From contig OZ316776.1 of the NCBI GenBank assembly GCA_973851085.1, forward strand, positions 13,516,001-13,580,000: a DNA stretch of 64,000 nucleotides. Reading direction: 5' to 3'. Below the pieces are notes generated by a model that made no database searches, was not told the DNA's origin, and worked only from the letters and a program-made list of their open reading frames with translations. Below, in pieces: positions 55,097-64,000 of this stretch; position 1 is the first letter of the stretch, and each line of letters begins with the position of its first letter. The DNA is from Ptychomitrium polyphyllum. Taxonomy: Eukaryota. The position numbers and the translations under genes are program-made.

Positions 55097-56032
55097 AGTT
55101 GCTCGTAGTATTTATGGTGGTGTAAATAGTATTGTATTGTGGTAGATATAGAAGGAGAAAAAATGGAAAGAGAAAGGGGGAGAGGTGAAAGCCACTTAAG
55201 AGGTACATGTATGGTACACGGTCAACGTGGTAGGACCAACCCACATGTCTTGCATGGGAAGGCAAGGACAAGTGGGTGTATGAGTTGGCATAAAGGAATT
55301 TGCAAGGGGCTTTGGAAAGTTACTTGCAAGATACTTGAGAAGGACCTTAAAAGGTGCTTGAGATGTCACTACGTGGTAGTATAAGTAAAGGCCTTCGAGA
55401 GAAGGCAACATCTCACTCTAAGCATTGTTTGGACTACTTTGTGTATTTCTATGCTTGTGCAATCTTCTTCTGTACTTCTAATGACTTCAATAGCAGCCCT
55501 ACACAGTGATTGTATTGGACTGGGACAGTCCACGGAGAGACTCTCTAGAAGTCCCGAACCTTGGGAGAGGCATAATTCCCAGAATATTAACTCAAATCAA
55601 ACGTTTTGAGAATCTATTGGCATGTACGCAAAGAGTACATGATGATAGAGTGGACGCTTAATAGATTCAAGCACCGGACGTGGAAGATATGGCTCCCTGA
55701 AGGTTTGGTGGGAGTTCCTGAGGCTTTTAGCGTCTAAGTCCCAAGGGAGGTCGGATGGTCTTCCAAAACCTTGGGTGTGTCGGGGTTCAGCCAGCTATTG
55801 AGGATTGGAAGACCTGACGAACCCCACAGAGAATACTATAGGAGAGGGCTGGTTCTCCTCCCCACTCCTCTAGTGTCTTGATAGGAAGAAAGGGTTAGTC
55901 CGAGTTGGTGGAGCTAGTGTTGGGGCTTCACCACGGGGTCTTCCATTCCATCGTGTGTCGGTCAACGACCGGTTTCACAAAGGGAACTAGTGAGATCAAG
56001 AGAGCACGCTTGTTACCACTAAGTTGGAGTGG

Positions 56033-59000
56033 TGTCGCAACCCTTGTAATGCACCTTAGCAAGCGTTACGCACGTCAACCCTGTACACTCCTACATGCTC
56101 ATGGTTAACCTCCATTCTCACTTTTTAAATCTTACTGTTATTTCTCTTAGGTTACCTAATTGATTAGTAGCTAATACTTAGGTGCGGACTTCCATTCATG
56201 TTCAAGGCTTCACTTGATGTTTTTCTCATTCCACACGGCTCATAATGGTGTGCAAGTGCCCATGGTGAAGCTCCAACACTAGCTCCACCAACCAAAACTC
56301 ACCCTTAGTCTCTACCGAGACATTAAGGAAGTGGGGAGGAGAACCAGCCCTCCCTTATAGTATTCTCTGTGGGATTTGGCAGGCCTTCTAGCCCTCTATA
56401 GCTGGCTGAACCTCGACACACCCAAGGTTTTAGAAGACCACCCGACCTCCCTTGGGACTTAGCCACTGGAAGCCTTGAGAACCTCCACCGAACCTTCAGG
56501 GAGCCATATCTTCCTTGTCCGGTGCCCGAATGTATCAAGCAACCACTCCATCGTCATCTACTTTTTGCGTACATGTCAATAAACTCCTCAAATGTCTGAT
56601 TTGAAATAGTATTGTGGGAAATACGCCTCTCCCAAGGTTCGGGACTCCCGGAGAGTCCCTCCCTGGACTGTCCCAGTCTAGTCCAGTCACTGTGTAGGGC
56701 TGCCACAGTCCAGAACAGCCCCTTGGCAACCCCAACTTTAGAATGCCATGACTTTTAGCTCCCTTGTCCGATTTGAGGACCCTTTAGCATTCTAGAATCA
56801 GCTCTTTGTGATTCCTCCAATGCCCACAATTCATCCCTCGTGGCCCACGGTCTATGTGCGCAAGGATGTTTCTTCTCCTAGAGGTCCTTCCCACGCTAGG
56901 CCGACTTGGTTCCCCTCACTATCGGCGCCACAAGTCCTGGACGTCACTCCGGAGTCCCTCTTATGCCTTTAGAGTTGCGGGCACTTTTCAAAGAGAGGTG
57001 CACGTCATTCACCTCCACCTTAATGGAATCGATGCCCCCATCGACGATACTTGTAGTCGGCACACCAATTCCAAGGTTGCCATCCTCTAATAGTGGAGCA
57101 TTGTGTTTCATCCATGGTGCAACCCTTACAATGCACTCATAAGTCATTGGCAAAGTCTCAAAGGTGTTGTTTAGGAGGTGGCTTGTTTAGGCACCCTAGA
57201 CAAAAATTCTAAAATTCTAAACTACTCTAAACCTACCTATTTTGAGCATCTCCTAGGATAAACTTCCTAATTAGGCTACACTTCCCTAACTCTCCCTTCC
57301 TGACCAGAATGGACCTCAATGCTCCACCAAGTTGTCTTGGTTGCAAATCTAAGGTGGCTTTTTTTCCACGACTCGATTGCACTGGGGTAATGCCAAGTTC
57401 CGCCCAACCTGGATCCCACTATCTGTATTGAAACATGGGTTCATGACTCCCATGCACTAACTTTTGTAAGCTTGTAGAAGTGGCGCTTTTATGAGCACGC
57501 GTCATTACCTTGTTCTTGCCCGGACAAGCCCAAGACTAAGAGGTGTCATGGTTTTAACCATTCTTCCTCCAAGCCTTGGTCCCCATTACTCGGCCTTCTC
57601 AACTTGGTTTCACATGTTTACTCCTTCTCTTCTACCAACTTAGCACAAACACAAGACTAGGACGTCATCTTATACTCTTCTCTTTGCACACACAAAAGTT
57701 GAACTTTATTGCCATAGGTCAAGGAACCAATACATGATGTGAAGAAGTTATAACTACAAGCCACTTTCCCCGTACTGAAAAAGATTGATGTCTTCATCAA
57801 TGCCAAAGTTGTCTTTTGTTGGAGTTCCTATCCCTTTCAAAGCAATCCATCACTTCATTGGCATTTTCCAAGTCCTTGGCTGCTACCCAAGTTGCTTCCA
57901 TTTCATGGTGCCCTCTTCACTTCACCAAATCACTTGTTTGCGATTGGGCCACAAGGTATCTTTTTTGAATGGCTTAAGAAGTGAGACATGAAATGTTGGG
58001 TGCACTTTGATTTTGGGTGGTAGCTTCAACTTGTACACATCTTTAAACATCCGCTCCACAATGAAAAACGGCCCCGCAAACTTGGACATGAACTTTGGAG
58101 TGAGGCCTTCAGGCAAGTTAAAGTTCTTCACATTCAATTATACCTTTTGGCCTACTTCATACTCCACTTCACGTCTTCCGGCATTGACTTGTTTCTTGTA
58201 CCGCTTTTGTGCCTTTTCCAACAAAAACTTGGTCTTCTCCAACATTTGTTCCCGCTTTTTGGCCAAGTCTTCACCATCTTGGTTAAAATCTAGTATTGAA
58301 TGTGCTCCTTCAAGAGCTAAGTCGGCAGGCTGGAGTGGCTCCACTCCATAGGCCACCTTAAATGGCGACTACTTTGTTGCCGAATGGTTGGCCGCATTGT
58401 AACTGAACTCCGCTAAGCTCACATAATCCACCCAATTGCACTGGTCCGCACTCACGAAATTCCTCAAGTATTGGTTCAAGACTTCGTTCATTTGTTTTGA
58501 TTGCCCAACCGTTTGAAGATACAAGGCAGTGCTAAACGTCAATTTGGTTCCAACTTTCTCAAAGAAATATTTCCAAAAAGCACTAGTGAATTTTGGATCT
58601 TGGTCCGACACAATCACTCTCAGCAACCCGTGGTGTTTCCACCATGCATCGAGGAACAGCTTTGTGGTCTCATGTGCAGTTACGGTTCCTCTAGTTGGCA
58701 CCATGTGCGCCAACTTGCTAAAGCGATCCACCATCACAAAGATGGCATCATGTCCTTGCGATTTCAAAAGACTTGTGAGGAAGTCCATGGACACGCTATG
58801 CCATGGACCCGGCGGAATTGGCAAAGGTTGTATTAAACCGGCTTGCTTTTGGTAAGAGGCTCTATTGAGTTGGCACTTCACACAAGTTTTCACAAAGTCG
58901 GTGATGGCCGCTTTCATGCCCAGCCAATAGTACCTTCTTGACACCGCCGCTATGGTGGTTTTTTTCCCTCTATGGCCGGCTATGGGACTATCGTGTTCTT

Positions 59001-61521
59001 CTTTCAAAACCAACAACCAAAATTTTCCTTGAGGCACATACATCCAACTTTGTTTGTATTTGAGCAATCCTTTCTTTAACTTAATTTCCTTAAGTTTCTT
59101 ACCCTTCTTAAGCTCGCCAAGAAGCCTTTGTGCTTCGAAGTCCTTCATGTACCCCTCTCTTATCTTCCTTTCCAAATTGCCTTCTCCTTTGTACATTACT
59201 TGCAGGACTTGGATTGTACCCATCGCTTGCAACTCCTACCGCCTACTTAGAGCATTCAGCACTACATTGTCATGCCCCGGCTTGTGGATCAAAGTCACAT
59301 TTATGAGTGCCAAGGTGTCGTGCCACCTCAATTGTTTTGCACTCATTTGTGCTTGCGACTCAAAGTACTTCAAGGACACGTTGTCCGTGTAGAATTTGGT
59401 TTTATGTAGGCCCAAGTAGTGCCGCCATGTTTTCAAACAATGCACAATGGCAAAGAGTTCTCTCTCATGCATGGGCTACCTCTTTTGGCACCCATCCAAC
59501 TTCTTGCTCTCATAGGCAATTGGCATGCGTTCTTGCATGAGCACTCCGCCAATGGCAAAGTCACTTGCATCCGTGTGGACCTCAAACGGCTTTTCAAACT
59601 CGGAAAACTTCGATACCGGCGGTTGTGACAACTTATCCTTGAGTTCTTGAAAAGCTTGGTGACAAAATCCATCCCATACTTGGCTAGCTCCTTTCTTCAA
59701 CAAGTCGGACAAAGGTCTAGAAATTTTGGAGAAGTTGCGTATGAACCTCCTATAATAATTTGCTAGGCCGAGAATTGATCTCAGCCCCTTTTGTGTAGAA
59801 GGTTGTTTCCACTCTCTAATTGCCTTTATCTTTCTTATGTCCGGCTTGATTCCATCATCCAACACTATGTGGCCTAAGAACTCAATCTCAAGTTGAGCAA
59901 ACTCACTCTTCTCTCCGTTGGCATAAAGCTTGTGGTCCCTAAGTTTTTGAAGCACTACTACAAGGTGCCTTGCATGTTCTTCCGCCGACTTGGAGTACAC
60001 CAAGATGTCATTAATGTAGACAATGACAAAGTCATCCATCTTTTCTCGAAAGATGGTATACATGAGGGTCGTGAACGTCAAAGGAGCATTACACAACCCG
60101 AATGGCATCACCAAAAATTCATAGGACCCATACTTAGTGCGGCATGCGGTCTTTGGCACAGCTTCATCTGCCATGCAGATTTGATAGTAGCCCGACTTCA
60201 AGTCTATCCGACTAATGTATTTAGCTCCCGCCAATCTATCAAAGAGGTCATCGATCGGAGGCAAAGGATAGTTGTTCTTGATGGTGGCTTTATTCAAGGC
60301 TCTATAGTTGACACACATGTGGAGCTTGCCATCCTTTTTGTCCAAGAAGAGGACCGGTGCTCCATATGGCGACTTACTTGGCCTAACATAGCCTCTTTCT
60401 AACAAGTCATTCAATTGCTTCTTCAACTCCTTTAGCTCTTTTTGGTTCAACCGGTATGGAGCCTTTGAAGGAGGCTTCGTTTCCGGTACCACTTCAATTT
60501 TGTGATCCACTTTTCTTCTTGGCAGTAACTTTTCGAGCAGCTCATTGGTGAGCACATCCTTATAACCACTTAGTACATTTTGAATGCACTTGGAAATAGT
60601 CCTTACCTCCTTGGCACTTGGCCTATTTTTCTTTTCTTGCTCCATTGGCATCACAACCCCAAATTGATGATTCTCTAATTGTTTAAAGGAAACTAAGTTC
60701 AACTTTCCTCCCGCAACCATAGGAGTCCTAGTTAACTTCAATATTGCTTCCTTCCCACTGCGGCACACTACTAGCTGTGCTGGCCTTTGCTTCACATCTA
60801 CCACATGAATTTCAAAAAACGTATCACCTAAAATGAGGTCTACCTCATCCATCTCACATAATATAAAACTTTCCTTCAACTCCAATGATCCACTATTTAA
60901 AGCCACATCCAACACCACCTCCTTTGTCTTGTACGGTTTGCCTATTGCAATTTGCACGTTGATGGGCTTGCTAGCTTTTTGAGCCGACAAGCCCAACTCC
61001 TTTGCTAACTTGAGACTCATGAAGGAGTGCGTTGTTCCTATGTCAATCAAATATGAAACATTTTTGCCATTTATTTGGGCCTCAAGGTATAAGAGACTCA
61101 ACCTTGGCTTAAGGCTACTAGCCTTGGCCATAAATCCACCTTCTAAAATGTGATCCACAACACAAGTGTGACAAGCTTTGATACTCACTTTTTTATCGGG
61201 GCACTCCGCAATGAAGTGGCCAATCTTACCACACCCGTGGCAACGCTTGTGCTTCACCTCAGCACTCTTATCTCCCGATTTGAATGGTTTTCTCTCATGA
61301 TGGTCCACTTTGTTGTAGGCCCTTGCATCTACTTGTCCCTTGTGTTTGTTTCCAAAGCCAAATTTCTTGTGTTCTCCGCCGCGAGATACATTTCGGCTCA
61401 ATCCACTTTGTTAAGAGGGACCACTTGATTTTCCTTAAGGACCGTTGGCTTCAATTCTTTCTGCGATCTTAATGATTCCCACCACGTCCTCCGGAAGCTT
61501 TGGGAATTTGAACAAGGCGTC
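56033..61521 (-). mobile_element. Gypsy element F (family D), 3' part. 3' LTR 56033-57007 (internally deleted), truncated chromodomain, integrase, RNase H, RT, protease, gag zinc knuckle. Interrupted at 61522 by element G
   Basis: PPT AAGGTGGAGGTGAA (minus) abuts the LTR. ORF 59476-61401 has CHGCGKIGHFIAEC, LIDIGTTHSFM, FLVMPFGLCNAP, VYINDIL and VHTDASDFAIGGVL. Integrase ORF 58369-59232. Confidence 0.9.
57830..61521 (-). pseudogene. Decayed gag-pol of element F
   Basis: ORFs 59476-61401, 59236-59472, 58369-59232, 58138-58356 and 57922-58137 are collinear and separated by stops. The RT motif is YIND instead of YIDD. Confidence 0.88.
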
Positions 61522-61554
61522 TGTCACGGACATAAATCATGCAATATAATCCTT

Positions 61555-61574
61555 AGAACATTCTAGAACCTTCT
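61555..61574 (+). promoter_or_regulatory. Perfect four-unit heat-shock element aGAAcaTTCtaGAAccTTCt in the U3 of element G's LTR
   Basis: Exact alternating nGAAn/nTTCn pentamers. A three-unit copy TTCcaGAAcaTTC lies at 61820-61832. Confidence 0.55.
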
Positions 61575-61887
61575 ACTATACTAGAATAGTTTCTTAGAAT
61601 ACTTTTAGATGTCTCCATAGCCTTTTTTATGTTTTTAGGAACCTTCCCAGAAAAGTTCTTCCACCTTAAAAAACTTTCTAGGAAGGTTCTACTCCTTCAG
61701 GAAACTTCCTAACAAGCTTCCGCTACCTTAGGAAACTTCCAAGGAAGGTTCCATCTCCTTGGAAGCTACTTAGGAAGGTTCCAACATCTTAGGAAACTTC
61801 TTGGGAAGGTTCCTTAGACTTCCAGAACATTCTTAAGCCTTGTAGGAAGCTTCTTTAGAAGTATCATAGGAGATACAAACGTCCTAG

Positions 61888-61895
61888 TATAAATA
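61888..61895 (+). promoter_or_regulatory. LTR TATA box (TATAAATA)
   Basis: Conserved at the equivalent position in the B and C LTRs, 30 nt upstream of the proposed self-primer sequence. Confidence 0.65.
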
Positions 61896-64000
61896 GGAGG
61901 CAAAACAAGGTATTCCTTAGTCTTGCCAACACAAGTTGTGGATCATCTTGAATCCTGCCTTGTTCTAATCCTTGTATCAAAGTTCTTGTTAATCATTAGC
62001 TCTTTGGAAGCTAATTCTTGGGAAACACTTTGTTTCTGCTTCTTGTTTCTTATGTCCCGAACAGTTTTGCAAGACTACTTTTCATCTTTGTCAGAGCTAA
62101 GGTTCTTTGAAGAAGATTGTGGATTACCCATCTTCTTTAGGATTCCATAGCGTTTTAGAGGTTGCGGATTATCCTCTTCTAAGCTGGCACCATAGAGTTG
62201 GTTTCTCCTTCTAGAATCAAATATTATTTCTTTTAAAGTACGTGGATATCCTCCTTTAAAGATACTCATACTCTTTCTGTCTTTGAGAGTCTTAAGAAAT
62301 GGATAATGTGCCTGGAACATCAGAGAATAGGTATGCGACTATTGCAGTCTTTCAAGAATTATTAAACACAGTTCGAACAGAACTCGCTCGTTTTAATACC
62401 ACCAACAATTTGGAGCAACACACTCGGCAAACTGAAGAATCCAATGCTGATATTCAAAGCCTATATCAAGAGGTTGTTCGATTGCGAGAGACTAATATTG
62501 GAAGAAAAGGTTTCCGTTGAACCCACGCAGAGCCAAAGATTAGTATGCCAGACAAGTTTGATGGATCAAGATCGAAATTAAGAGGCTTTGTTCAACAAGT
62601 AAGGCTCTTCTTTAGTTTGCATCAATCTCGCTATCCTGATGGCATTACGCAAGTGGGATTTGTGGCCACTCTTTTATCAAACAATGCACTATCATGGTTT
62701 GCACCATTAATGGAGAAGCAGTCACCATTATTGAATAACTTAGATGCTTTTATAGAAGCATTGACAACTACTTTTGGAGACACCAACCGAGAGAGGTTTC
62801 TGAGACAAGGATCTAGAGTCTCCAACAAGGGCAGTGCTCAGCTGCTACATATGCTGCAGAGTTTCGACAATTAGCTTGCGACCTTGATTGGATTGATAAA
62901 GCCTTGGTCACAAGATTTTGATGGAGCTTAAGAGAGAATGTCAAGGATTTGCTACTCACAATGCCAAGAGTTGAAACATTGGACAAATTCATCACTCAAG
63001 CAATAGCATGTGACAATAGACTATTTGAGAGGCGCCAAGAACAACGCTTGAGATGGCAACCAGTACATCAAAGCATGGGTACCACTTCTTCAAGAGTATC
63101 CGAAAGTCGACCGCAAGGACCAGAACCTATGTAAATTGATGCTGCCCAGTTCAGACGCTTGGCTCTAAAAGAAAAAAAAAGGCGTCAAAGAGAAAACCTC
63201 TGCTTGTATTGTGGCAAGTCTGGATATAAAGTGCGCGACTGCCAAATCAAAGGATCTGCTTTTAAGGCTCAAAGCACAATGGTGGAGTTGGAAAACGAGG
63301 CTGTTCAGTCACAGTAGGAACCATGCGATTGGACACCACAAGGAAACCACCATCAAATCAAGGTCTCTTACTACCTTCAAATCCTACCTCTTGTTTTACA
63401 TTTCTTATCAAAATTAAATTGTTAGATGATGAAATAATTAGCGAGGCTCTCTTAGACACTAGTGCAATGGCATGTTTTATGGACAAGGATTTTGCAACCA
63501 AACATCACATGGTGCTTGTGAAGAAAAAATATCCCGCACCTGTTGAAGTTATTGATGGACGATTTCTTGTGTCTGGCAACGTTATTGAAGAAACTCAACC
63601 ATTGGAGGTTATTTTAGGAAACCAAGCATCTAAGATTGTCTTCAACATCATTCAATGCCGAACAAATCCTATTGTTTTGGGCCTTCCTTGGTTTGAATTA
63701 CATAATCCAGACATTGACTGGCGCTCACGGAGTGTGGTCTCATGGAAAAGACGCCAAGGTACGAGAAATCTTGGACCATCGCTTATTGGAGCTAAGGCAT
63801 TTATGAGAGCGGCGAAGGATGAACTAATCTATGCTATTTATACCACGCCAATGTCTAGCTCTACAATAGAGATTAATAAAAACATACCTCATCAATATCA
63901 AGATTATAAAGACGTTTTTGAAAAGAAGAATGCGGACATGTTACCAAAGCACCGGCCACACGATTGTAACATTGAGTTGCAAGAATGAGCCCAACCACCT

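Larger units (their letters stand above)
49919..55492 (+). mobile_element. Full-length Ty1/Copia LTR retrotransposon (decayed). LTRs 49919-50326 and 55084-55492, TSD GCAGC
   Basis: ~408-bp direct repeats, perfect 5-bp TSD (49914-49918 and 55493-55497), PBS GGTTATGGGCCCA, PPT AGTGGGAG. Domain order gag, CCHC, protease (WIMDSGAT), integrase, RT (YVDD), RNase H (DADWAG). Confidence 0.96.
49610..56032 (+). mobile_element. Family-D LTR in plus orientation (segments 49610-49918 and 55493-56032), split by the Copia element and then by element F
   Basis: Both segments are the reverse complement of the D LTRs and join across the GCAGC TSD. Confidence 0.85.
61522..64000 (+). mobile_element. Gypsy chromovirus element G (family BCG), 5' part. 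5' LTR 61522-62063, gag ~62299-63317 (disrupted), start of pol (protease). Runs off the window
   Basis: TGTCACGG...CGAACA LTR homologous to the B and C LTRs. gag motifs PDKFDGSRSKLRGF, GPEPM and CLYCG; protease EALLDTSAMACFMD and IVLGLPWFELHNP. Confidence 0.9.

Noticed and set aside
52353..55271. Antisense ORFs over the Copia pol (and plus-strand ORFs over pol of element F)
   Set aside because: These are shadow ORFs of the coding strand with no independent evidence.

Overview
Eukaryotic land-plant genomic DNA with GT-AG introns, most likely a moss such as Physcomitrium. That assignment is inferred from a flagellar central-pair gene occurring together with angiosperm-like housekeeping genes and self-priming chromoviruses. 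The left ~29 kb is gene-rich: (1) the 5' part of an AT-rich, 10-exon SPAG17/PF6-like flagellar gene (minus, runs off the window start, largely missed by the ORF track); (2) a 9-exon uncharacterised coiled-coil gene (minus); (3) two G-rich tandem arrays upstream of (4) a mitochondrial-type phosphatidylserine decarboxylase PSD1; (5) a CAT9-like cationic amino acid transporter; (6) a type II metacaspase (minus). The right ~34 kb (29.3-64 kb) is a nest of decayed LTR retrotransposons: three chromodomain Gypsy families (called A, BCG and D here, including two solo LTRs) and one Copia element. The most notable signals are a Tf1-like self-priming PBS that co-varies between two Gypsy families, a half-tRNA-type PBS in the Copia, a conserved -1 frameshift site, perfect heat-shock elements in the Gypsy LTR, and a head-to-head LTR inverted repeat. 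All exon models and homologies were derived by hand and from recalled protein motifs; no searches were run.
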